Position numbers and translations under genes: made by a program. This document shows positions 53,058 through 64,000 of a stretch of 64,000 bases of DNA, in pieces. The stretch lies in contig NGBS01000293.1 of assembly GCA_002245135.1 (NCBI GenBank), forward strand, positions 186,001 to 250,000, in the 5' to 3' direction. The notes under the pieces are model-generated. The model was not told where the DNA came from, made no database searches, and was given only the letters and a program-made list of their open reading frames with translations. The stretch's first letter is position 1. Each line of letters opens with the position of its first letter. Source of the DNA: Proteromonas lacertae (taxonomy: Eukaryota).

Positions 53058-53768
53058 TCAAGCAGAAGATTTGTATCTACGAAATGATGAAACTCTTTCA
53101 CTCATACTACTCATTAATATTTTATTATTTCCATTCATATCTTCACCAATTGTATTTATACTCAATAATCTACTTTTCATACCACCATATTTAGGTATTT
53201 TTGATTTTTCTTTATTAAATACTATTCTATTTTTATTTTCATTTATATTTTTAACTTTCATATTTATTATTTGTTGTTGTTGCTTGTCTTTTGGTTGTTG
53301 TATTTGTGTTTTTGATGGTTTTTGTATGGATGTTTTAATTATTGGTTTTATTTCTTCATCATATATTATTTCATCACATGAAGAAGATGACGAATCTGTA
53401 CTTGTTACATCAGATAAGCTTTTTGATATTATTATTTCGTTATTATTATTATTATTTAAACATTTTATACATTCTTTTAATTCTATTTCTTTATTATGAA
53501 GTTTATTTTCTAATACTTTTACTCGATTTGTATATGATGAAATTGATTGATGAAATACTTTTAACGATTTTATGGTGAAATTTAGTCTTTTTATTTCATT
53601 ATTTTTATTTTCTATTTCTTGTTTTAATTTCATTATCATCTCATCTTTTTCTTTTTCTTTTTCTTCACTATCATTATTATTACCTTGAAGTGTAATTATT
53701 TCTTTATCATTATTAATTATCACTAACTTGTTATTATAATAATAATTTTGTTTTAAATGACTTGATAA

Positions 53769-53799
<31 letters not shown>

Positions 53800-54761
53800 A
53801 ATGAAGAGGATAATGACGATGTTAATCGTGAAGGAGATAAATTAAATGAAAAAGGTTGAGATTGAGATAATAATAATAATGATGATTGTTGTTGTGAGAA
53901 TTGTAGTTTTAATTCATCAAATTGAATTAATAAATCTTTATATTTATCTCTAATTTCTTTATTCTTTATGTATTGTTCATAATAATACGCTGTTTCAGAT
54001 TGACTAAAATCTAATTCTTTAGTAGATGATAAGAAAAATGAATTACTGTTATTTAAACTATTACTAAAATTAAATGATCTTGAATTACTATGATTTGGAG
54101 AATAAGATGGTTGTGGTAGTTGTGGTGATAAGGATGATGATGAGTTATAAATATTGGAATTCCGTTTTATTTCTAAGGAAGAAGAAGAAGATGATGATTG
54201 AGTAATTTCACGAAGTTCAGCTATTTCATTCTCTTTATTCTTTAATGTGCATTTTAAATCATTCACTTCTTTATCTTTAACTTCTTGACAGTTTAATTTT
54301 ATATAAGACTCGTGTAACTTGGTTTGAAGATCGGTTATTTGATTGTTCTTTTCACCTAATTGTTTCATAAATTCTGACCTTTGACAATCTAAATTGTTCT
54401 TAAGAGTGTGGATTTCTTGAGTCAAAGACTCTACATGCCTAGATGTTGAATTAGGAGTGTATGTGGGAGATGTAGCATTTGGTGCATCAAGTGGAATTTT
54501 TAGATATTTTAATGACCTATTAAAAATAGAAAATAAAGAATACATGTCTGATAATCTAGTAGACTTTCTACTTACAGAAGATTTCTGTTCAACTCTATAT
54601 GAATCTAATTCAGTATTTGATCTAAGCAACATTTCCTGTGTTTGGCACAACTCAGCCTGTAATTTACTACATTCGTCACTTCTCCTTAGTAAATATTCTA
54701 AACGACTAGCTGGTATTTCTACCATTTGATTTTGAGTTTGACTTTGAGAGTTTTTGTTCAT
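53058..54761 (-). CDS. Hypothetical coiled-coil, S/N-rich low-complexity protein
   Basis: 567-aa ATG-initiated ORF with heptad segments. A likely in-frame 27-nt GT-AG intron lies at about 54517-54543. Confidence 0.7.
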
Positions 54762-54949
54762 TTGGGAAAGATGTATAACGTTAAAACTTCATTCAAATTT
54801 TTTAAAAATGTTTTTTTGAAACGGCTTGAAATTTTGTTGGAAAAAACATGCATCTACTAATTTATTGTGAATATTCTTATGATTTTCTTTTATAGATGAA
54901 TAAAACAACACCATTTACAAGAATAAACATCATACTCTTATGATTTAGT

Positions 54950-55492
54950 TTATTCGTAGTTCCATTCATTTGTACATCTTGTCCATTCGCATGTACCTTC
55001 TGGGAACCAAATACCAATTTCACGTTTAGCTGTTTCTACTGAATCTGATCCATGAATGACATTCCTATTTACAGAATAACTATTCGATAACATACTTTCC
55101 ACAGTCAATAGCATAATCGAATCTGATTGTTCCTGGAGCTGATTGATCTGGTCTAGTTGCTCCCATCATTTTTCTTCCTGTTGCAACAACGTTACGTCCT
55201 TCCCAAACCATACCAACAACTGGTCCTGAGCTCTACAGAATGATCAATAGTGTACAGATATACCATATAATTGATTAATCTTGGGAAAAATGGTTTATCT
55301 TTCAATTCAGCATAATGAGTTTCTAATAAAGATTTTGATGGAATGAGCATTTTTAATCCAACTAATTTGAAACCTTTATCTTCAAAACGGGTGATAATTC
55401 TACCAACAAGTCCTCTTTGTACTCCATCTGGTTTTACTGCAATAAATGATTTTTCCTAAAATGCAATAAATGTTTTTCAATACGTCAGTCAT
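54950..55492 (-). CDS. NDK: Nucleoside diphosphate kinase, 3 introns (absent from the ORF track)
   Basis: Spliced translation reads [34 protein letters not shown]...[12 protein letters not shown]...[12 protein letters not shown]...GAT...PGTIR...NVIHGSDS...WNYE*. Confidence 0.96.
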
Positions 55493-55656
55493 GATTAAGA
55501 ACAAAAAAGTGATTTAGAAATCTAGAAGGCTTGTCAAACTTCATTTAAATTATTCAAAACATATGCATATTTTGTGACATTTTTATTAAATATATATAAA
55601 TATACACAATATTATCAATATTAAACAAAAAGATAGAATAATAACAAAAATATTAC

Positions 55657-57384
55657 TTAATTTCTTAAATCATCCACATTATTCTTATTCTTTTGTATCA
55701 TATGTTCACTATGTGGATCTTCTAAAGCACCCAAATATTCTTCTTCATCTTGCTTCATTTCATCCATTGGAAGTTGAAAATGATGAGTATAAGCTTTTGA
55801 ATTCTTAACAGGTCTCCACAAATACTATATAAAATTAATAATCATATAATAATCAAATACCATAACTGAAAATGTCAAAACAGCAAATAAAACATCCCAA
55901 AATCCATAATCAAGGCTATATTTATAAAATAAATAAATAAAGAGTATATATACAACCATTTATATTTCCATCTTTTAATAGGTTGTAGTGTATGGAAAAA
56001 GAAGAAATAAATAATAATATATATAACAGATGCTAGGCATGAAAATATTAAAACAGCTCTTAATGCTCTAAAAGTCTTTAGTTTTGATGTTTGATGCTTT
56101 GAAGATAAATCATCTAAAATATTGACAAGTGTTTCAAAAATCCAAATATAAAATAAAATATCCAAACTATTAATATAAAAAAATATAAAATAAATATACA
56201 TTATTACTGGTAAATCAATCATTTCAGTAACATTTCCATTATTATTAAAATCTTTAAATAAATTCTGTAAATAAGCAAAGGAAAAGTAAATCAATCCTAA
56301 TCCAATCACTTTGTAAAGTGATTTACCTAAAGTTGGCCTTGTTACACCATAACCCATACAAACCATTAATAATAACACTCGTGAAAATGCTCTTTTTAAA
56401 CTGTTAAATAATTCATAAATTGGTGTAATAAAGAATGAATATTTGCCATGTGAATTGTAATATAAATATGAATAATAGCCGAATGTATCTTCAAGAATCC
56501 ATAAAAAACCAACAAACTATAATATAATAAGAATAAGTAAGTTATATACATACAGTAATCCATATTTGAACTGACTGAATATCTCTAAAATGAATTATAC
56601 AAATTGAACTCCATATTAACCATATTGATAAATATATAATAGCAAAATCTAAATAGATAATATAATATAATAAGTAAATATACATCCTAAGAAAGGTAAT
56701 CTTCCATACAATTCACCTTCTAAATAACCAAATGGATTCATTATTGTAATATCACTTTCATATGATATAACATGTAAATCATAATGACAACTACAATATA
56801 ATATATATAGATATAGATACTTTGCAACAATAATGTAATAATAATCTGTATATTGTATATCATATCGATATTCTAATCGCTTAGACATTCCACTGGAAAT
56901 TGGCAGAAACTTTCTATTTATTAATATATTAGGAAAGGAATTGTTTGGATTGCTTATAATAAATGTGTTTTTTTCTTCACAAATTCCCTTTTCATATAAG
57001 TCGTTATTGCAGCATAGAGTAACTTTGTCACCATCGTAAGTATATCCAATATGATCGTAAGCTGCTTTATTAATTATTAGCACTTCTATTCCATCTTCAC
57101 TTTCTGGATCTTCAGGAAGTTCCTTTCCTGTACAGTTAAATACACCCTTGAAATAAACGTACGATTCACCATTACCTGGCTTTCTGTTTATCAAATATTT
57201 TTAATTCGTATACCTTTTGGAGGGAGCATCTGATGTATTGAATATTCCTTGTCCTACTGATACATATCCACCATTATAATTAAGTACAGCCTTTTCTTTA
57301 ACTATTCTAGCATCTATTACACACAAATAAAATATCTATATAAAAATTAGACTAAAATATATCTACTAGAAAGAGAATTTTCAT
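55657..57384 (-). CDS. TMEM87: TMEM87/Ptm1 (lung seven-transmembrane/GOST family) Golgi membrane protein, about 8 introns
   Basis: N-terminal signal-like peptide and a luminal CC motif. Family motifs include NPFGYL, LLMVCMGYGVTRPTLG, YIWIFETL, W.YKW, FWD and LWRPVKNS. Confidence 0.8.
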
Positions 57385-57574
57385 CAAGAAGATAAACAAG
57401 AAACAAAAAATAGATTCGTTTCAATAATTTTAAATTTTAATTTATCAATAACACAACACAGAAATAATATTATTACATAATAATACCGAATAAGAGATTG
57501 GTAATATTTATAGGTGTGAAAGGAGGTTTAGAGAATTGACACTAATAGAAAAAAATGAAAATTTGAAAAGAGCT

Positions 57575-58349
57575 TTACTTCATAGTTTCAATTAATTGAT
57601 CACGATATGTATTTACATTAGATTCTTCAGCTAAATGTGAAGCATTAAAGAATATATCTTCTATTACAGAAATCTCTGTTGCAGTGGTATCTAGACCACA
57701 GAATGCGCACCAATCGTTGACAATTAACCCAGCAGATATAACATCACTACCTCTATTTACAGTTCCTGCTACAACAGGTACTTGCAACAATGAACTCAAC
57801 TCTTCAAGATCTGTAATGCTTGTTTGTGGATGTACCAATGCTCCTTTGTTTGATAATGAACAGTAACTTCCTACTAATGCATTTCCTGCTATATTCTCTC
57901 TAAATACTTCAACTCCTAACACATCTGCTATTATTTCTTCGGTTTCACGGTCTAAATCTGGGTGAATTAGTGCAACATGATCATTGCATGATATACAATT
58001 ACCTAAGGCTGATAACCTGTCTTCCACTCTTCTTATTTTTACTTCGTCTGGTAAGGCGTTTCTAATATGTTGTAATTCAATATCTGTTGTTGTTATTGGT
58101 ACAAGTAGTCCTTTTGCATTTCCTGCTGTTAATCTACCTATAACTCTACAACCAGCTATTGAAACATGGACAGTTGGAATATGATCAGCTAATTCAACCT
58201 CTAGTGAACCATAGAAATTTTCACTACCTCCTTGGCAAACAAGACAGTATTTATTTGTGAGTTTTGCAAAAACACCTACTTCGTTACTACCTTCGAACTG
58301 TACACCTATATATTTTGATGAAATTAAAATATAATATACGAGATGCCAT
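57575..58349 (-). CDS. EIF6: Eukaryotic translation initiation factor 6, 1 intron
   Basis: Spliced translation reads [26 protein letters not shown]...SENFY...[14 protein letters not shown]...LPDEV...[10 protein letters not shown]...[14 protein letters not shown]...GLDTTATE. Confidence 0.97.
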
Positions 58350-58702
58350 TTAAAAATGAAAAATGAAAGTGTAATGTAAATTGGTCAAAAGTTAACAATT
58401 ACGGTCAGAGTAACAGACTTTTTTATTTTTACAAAAACTTAACAAAATTACATAGTTTTTCTCATTTTACAATTTTATACATAATATGTTCATTAAAGAA
58501 TTTTAATAAATGAAATAATTTACTTCATTCAAGAACTATTCTTTCTAATTTCTATAATTATTCTTGATTAAATGCCCAAATGTTTTAATAATGTAAAAAT
58601 CATAACAAAATCATTACTTAAACGAAAAACGTTTCATTCAATTTTGGTTGTAATTTTGTAAATTACATTGTTTTTGACTTATTCTTTGACAGTTTTCTAA
58701 TC

Positions 58703-60070
58703 ATGAGTATTGCTCTAGAAATAATATTACCCTCACTCAATGATATTGATATTTCAGATCCTAACATTCTAAGGAATAAAGCCGAAGAAATAACTGAACT
58801 ATGTGACAAACTGGAATTAAGCATGAATTTCTACAAAACAAAGTCTGATGAGTGTTACAAAAAGCACAATATAGATGAAGGAAAGTATAATGAGAAGAAA
58901 GTACAGAAATGTAAACAGGAAATCAGTCATTTTCACGATTTTGCCAGTCAATTAATATTCAGATCATACAACTTGCTAAATACAGATCCATCAATAATCA
59001 ATATCACCGGACTAACCAGTGTAGAAGCAATTACAAGAATTGAACAAAGAATAAACACTTTAAAGAACCATGGAACACTTACAATTAAATCTGATGATAG
59101 TGAATATGTATTACAAGAAGTTGGTCACAATATACTTACTCATTTAGATAACAAGAAAATTAAATGTGAAATTAACTCCTCTTCAATCATTCTTCAACTG
59201 TCACCAGATAATACACAAACTTCAATGAATAATGATGATGAAATAACAAAAGAAATAGCAAAAGAAATAGTAATTCCAGAATCTTATATCAATCCTCCAC
59301 TAGTTGAATGTAATATAAACCAACAATCCAGTTTAATGGAGGAAAAAGAAAAATTATTAAAAGAAGGTCATGAATGTAGACATAAAATAGAAGAATATAG
59401 AATAGAAATTGAAAGTATGAAAGATAGAGAAGAAGAAGAAGAAAAATCAAAAAGAATAAAAGAAATTGAATTGAAAATTGAAGAAAACAAGAAGAAAAGT
59501 TCAGAATTGTTATTTAAAGCCTATAATATATTTAATGATAATAGTTCTATTGATATACGTGAACAATCATATGAAGAATCAATTGAGTATATAAAAAATG
59601 GTTTAAAAGATATAAATAATTTAAAAGAATTAATTATAATAGGAGATGGAAGTGATGTAAAGTATATGAATGAAATTAAGAAATCTGTTATTAAATATTT
59701 GAAAGAGAATGAGAAATTGAATGTAAAAGAAGATGATCCTCATGAAGGATGGATTAAGATAGTTTTTGATGAAGAAATCATCAAAATCAACCAAACACCT
59801 AATTCAAGTGATAATTCATTTACCGATGAATGTAATTTTAATGAAGAAAATGGAGCATTGAAATCCAATTCAACAATTCCTCCTACTTCAATTACGAAAG
59901 AATCATTAGAGAGCAATGCATTTCCTGTTACACCAAATACTTCTAATGAAAGAACCAATGATGATGGTAATAAAACTGTTAGAAGAAGACGTGCTTCAAC
60001 AGCTGTTCCTCAACATGCTAATAATCCAGCTAGAAATGGAAAAGATCTTCAATGTTGTATAGTTATGTAG
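58703..60070 (+). CDS. Protein with two helical+Smr-like modules and a C-terminal CCaaX prenylation motif
   Basis: Intronless 455-aa ORF. SIINITGLTSVEAI and SIDIREQSYEESI...LIIIGDGS resemble the Smr pattern IDLHGLxxxEA...IITGxG. It ends in CCIVM. Confidence 0.6.
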   Translation: MSIALEIILPSLNDIDISDPNILRNKAEEITELCDKLELSMNFYKTKSDECYKKHNIDEGKYNEKKVQKCKQEISHFHDFASQLIFRSYNLLNTDPSIINITGLTSVEAITRIEQRINTLKNHGTLTIKSDDSEYVLQEVGHNILTHLDNKKIKCEINSSSIILQLSPDNTQTSMNNDDEITKEIAKEIVIPESYINPPLVECNINQQSSLMEEKEKLLKEGHECRHKIEEYRIEIESMKDREEEEEKSKRIKEIELKIEENKKKSSELLFKAYNIFNDNSSIDIREQSYEESIEYIKNGLKDINNLKELIIIGDGSDVKYMNEIKKSVIKYLKENEKLNVKEDDPHEGWIKIVFDEEIIKINQTPNSSDNSFTDECNFNEENGALKSNSTIPPTSITKESLESNAFPVTPNTSNERTNDDGNKTVRRRRASTAVPQHANNPARNGKDLQCCIVM

Positions 60071-60187
60071 AATTATATGATTTTTTGATTTACTATATGC
60101 TTGAATTCAAGGGTATTAATGTGTTTTTTTTGATAAAAATGAGTTTTAATCAAGCTTTTAGGCTTGATAATTCAAAAATAATTTAAA

Positions 60188-61346
60188 ATGTCTGAGTCAA
60201 AGCTGAAGGAGTTGGCAGAAGAAAAGGATCCAATCGATCCAAATGTATTTAATCTATCCATTTTATTCATTAGAATATTACAAATATTCCTATCCCAAAT
60301 ACTCTTCTAGAACTTGTATGCTTGATCAAAAATATATTTCATTTCCAATAGATGGATGAAATGTGTAAAGTAGATTTGAGTAATCAACCTTCTTGGGCTT
60401 TGCGTAGTAAATGGTTAGAAATTTTTTCAAAACTAATAGAAGTAGAATATAAAAGCTCTTCCATTCCAAATGAAGATGAAGTTTATGATAGATTTAGTTG
60501 CATAATAGTATTTCTATTTTTTACATTTTAATTTATGAATAGCCATTTTTAAAATCTCAGTTTACTTCTCGTCAATCAGCCTTAATAAAATTAGCAGGAG
60601 ATATGTTAATATCTTTTATTACTAATCTCAAAGACAGTTCTAGAAAATTTATAACAGATCTTCTATCAATCCTTTTTAGTCAGTTGTATATTACAATCAA
60701 AATCATATCTGACACAAGTAAAAACGTTATAAACTCAGCAATAGAAAACTGCAAATCTTTAGATATTTTAACAATCATATTAGAAAAGTGCAAAGAAAAA
60801 AAATCATCACTATTACATGAGAAATGTTCAGAATTTGTACATTATTATTTAAAAGTCAATAAATTGGTAGATATACCAAAATTCAATGAATGTTTGAATT
60901 ATATGTTAAATGACAATGATAGCAAGTGTAGAAGTGGAGCTAAATTAACATATGAGTTATATAAAGAAATAAATCCATCGGAATGTAACAAATTTTATAA
61001 CACATTACCTTCAGATATTCAGAAGAGGTTAAATGAAAAGAAGAATGCTAATAAAAGTTCTATTTCTTCATTAAAAAGCCAAATGAAAAAGAATATGAAG
61101 AGAAATAGCAAAGTTGATGAAATTGAGATATTTGTTCCATCTGAATCAAAAGCACCATCATCATCACATGAAGATTCAAAAATAAATGAATCAAAATATG
61201 AAGAAGGAAAAGAGAATCGAAAAAACTTCCAAGCTAGTATTATTTCTATTCCTCAAAATGATACTAGCTCAGAAAAGGTGAAAAGACGAAGAACAAGTCT
61301 TGACACTTTAGATGAGGAAAGACAAACGAAGAAAATTCATATTTGA
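60188..61346 (+). CDS. CLASP-N/TOG-like HEAT-repeat microtubule-associated protein, 3 introns
   Basis: Spliced frame includes WALRSKWL, TSRQSALIKLA, SKNVINSAI and LNDNDSKCRSGA, followed by a basic/acidic tail. Confidence 0.6.
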
Positions 61347-61426
61347 TTAAATTTATATTTTTTAATCATTTCAATTTCTTTGTCTATAAAATATGATGAT
61401 TGATATTTCTTTTTTCTTATAATTGT

Positions 61427-61442
61427 GGTGCTAAAAAGCACC
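61427..61442 (-). promoter_or_regulatory. Histone 3'-UTR stem-loop
   Basis: AAAAACA-GGTGCT-TTTT-AGCACC-ACAA lies 25 nt after the H4 stop: a 6-bp stem, a 4-nt U loop and A/C-rich flanks. Confidence 0.9.
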
Positions 61443-61467
61443 TGTTTTTGTTGTTTCAATAGGAAAT

Positions 61468-61794
<327 letters not shown>

Positions 61795-61872
61795 TTAAGT
61801 TTAATAGATAATTCAAAGAAAAGTGAGAATGAATTTTGGGATGATTTTTAAATAAAGATTCGTTGAATTTTT

Positions 61873-61880
61873 GATTGGCT
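61873..61880 (-). promoter_or_regulatory. CCAAT box upstream of histone H4
   Basis: AGCCAATC about 95 nt upstream of the ATG. Confidence 0.45.
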
Positions 61881-61981
61881 GATTTTTATTGAAAAGGATT
61901 TTGATCTTATTTTTTCACACACCATATTATTTGGAACACCAATTTCAAAAAAAACAAAAAATCAATAATAATAGATTATGT

Positions 61982-64000
61982 TTAACAGTTTAAACAAGGA
62001 ATATGACCATTTCTACATTCATAACATGTTCCTTCACATATATGACCACATGGAAGTTTTGCTTTACATTTCTATATTTAATGAAATATATACATATATA
62101 TATTATACTTCCCAACATTCAATTGCATGTTTAATACTCTTCATAAACATTGTACAATAGTTTTATGCTTACATTCTAATTTTACTTCAATCATTTCACC
62201 ACAATATATTGTACATCTTTCGCTACATCTCTCTTGGCATTTATGACCACATTCTAGCATTTTTTCACAAGGTTTTAAACAAGGAATATGGCCATTTCTA
62301 CATTCATAACATGTTCCTTCACATATATGACCACATGGAAGTTTTGCTTTACATTTCTATATTTAATGATATATATATATATATATATATATAATACTGT
62401 ATAACATGGTATTGATTCTAGATTATTCTTCATATAACATTTTATATTCTTTTTATGACCACATGGAAGTTTAACATAATAATTCTAATTGTTTATAATA
62501 TAAAATATACTCTTTTGCATTTCAGATCATTATTTCTTTTATAACATTCTATAAATATAGAATGATGACAAGGGAATCTATATTTCACAAACATTTTACA
62601 GTTTTCTGTACATTCTTCTCCGCATTTATTATAACATTTATGTCCACATTCTAATTTTCTTTCACAAGGTTTTAAACAAGCAATATGACCATCTTTACAT
62701 TTAAAACATGTTCCTTCACAAACATGACCACATGGAAGCTTTGTATTACATGGATTTTTACATTCAAAAATACCAGCTTCATCTTTATCACAACATTTAT
62801 ATTGCATTGTGTGACCGCAATCTAATCTCTTCTCCAATAACTCATTACAATCAACATATTCTTTTTCATCTATCAGACAGCATTTTATCTTCTTTTTATG
62901 TTTACATGGCATTTCTATTTCAATCATTTCATTACATTTCTTTGTACATGCTTCAAAACATTTGTTTTGACACTGATGACCACATTCTAACTTCTTTTCA
63001 CAAGATTTTAAACAAGCAATATGACCATTTTCACACTTACAACAATTTCCTTCACAAATATGACCACATGGAAGAATTTCTTTGCAAGGCTATATAAAAT
63101 GATATATTCATTATTATATACTTCTTGACATTCAATTGATTCGAGTTTATTCCTTTTATAACATTCTATAGTAGTGTTATGTCCACAAGGAAGTGTTACT
63201 TCAATCAATTCAAAACAATCTTTAGTGCATTTTTGTCCACATAATTTTTGACATTGATGACCACATTCTAACTTCTTTTCACATGGTTTTGAACAACGAA
63301 TATGACATTTCTTACATCTATTACAATTACCTTCACAAGTATGACCACATTTAAGTTTTGCTTGACAAGGCTATACATATATAAAAGAACATATAAATTA
63401 TATTTAATACCTCTATGCATATTACTAATGATATATCATTTCTCTTGAAACATTCTACATTAGCTTTATGCTTACAAGGAAGTGTTACTTCAACCATTTC
63501 TTTACATTTATATTCACTCTTTTCATTACATTTTCCATTATATTTATGACCACATGGTAATACTTCTAAACATTGCTCTTCACAATGAATTTCACATTCA
63601 TCAAAATGGCAAGGTAATTTACAACTATGTCCACATTTCATTCTTCTTTCACAATCTTCACCACATGTTCCATTTGGACAGTATATATCAAAATCCTCTG
63701 CTTTTTGTATTGAATAAAATCTTTCTTCATGATTTGGACATACTAATGGTAAACTATTTCCTATCATGTTTGTTTTAGTTAATGTTTCTTTAATATAATC
63801 CCATAAACCAGTTTCAGGAAATACACTTTGATTATGACTTCCTTTTATTAAACAATCCATATTACCAAACATAAATAAACCATTCTTAGCTCGAGATAAA
63901 GCAACATTCACTCGATTTTCTACTCGACAAAATCCAATTTTATTATTTACATTACTTCGAACTGCACTGAATATGATTATATCATTCTCTTCACCTTGGA
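61982..64000 (-). CDS. ZNFX1: ZNFX1-like Upf1/SF1 helicase with NF-X1-type zinc-finger array (3' part only), 5 introns visible
   Basis: QGEENDIIIFSAVRSN...IGF...NRVNVALSRAKNGLFMFGN corresponds to SF1 motifs V/VI. It is followed by many CxxxLxCGHxCxxxC repeats. Stop TAA at 61982-61984. Confidence 0.85.

Noticed and set aside
57510..57545. GTGTGAAAGGAGG resembling the U6atac 5' region
   Set aside because: There is no AAGGAGA-AGC catalytic arrangement or ISL; it lies antisense in the eIF6 3' region.

Overview
This is an extremely AT-rich, gene-dense eukaryotic (protist-like) genomic window. It has no prokaryotic features, transposons or CRISPR arrays. Most genes are interrupted by tiny (about 24-55 nt) GT-AG introns, and intergenic gaps are about 40-350 nt. 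That architecture resembles Blastocystis-type stramenopile genomes, but the taxon is my inference. Bases 1-24753 are the 3' part of one giant, intronless E/K-rich coiled-coil gene (>8,200 aa visible) built from near-identical 6654-bp and 2598-bp higher-order repeats; its frameshifts look like sequencing indels. It converges on a second giant coiled-coil gene (34888->24791, about 3,340 aa after splicing), whose C-terminus resembles a dynein microtubule-binding domain. The remaining genes are, in order: transportin-3-like, an unknown coiled-coil gene, Chk2/Rad53-like FHA-kinase, WDR91, VPS45, a pseudokinase-LRR gene with about 27 introns, another coiled-coil gene, NDK, TMEM87-like, eIF6, a CaaX-tailed tandem Smr-like protein, a CLASP/TOG-like protein, histone H4 with a 3' stem-loop, and the 3' end of a ZNFX1-like helicase. 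The main findings are two U12-type minor introns (AT-AC and AT-AA), a GC-AG intron with a competing GT donor, symmetric 84-nt LRR exons, recurrent GGCTTG/TGAAACG upstream motifs and a candidate structured ncRNA. All gene models were spliced by hand; no database searches were run.
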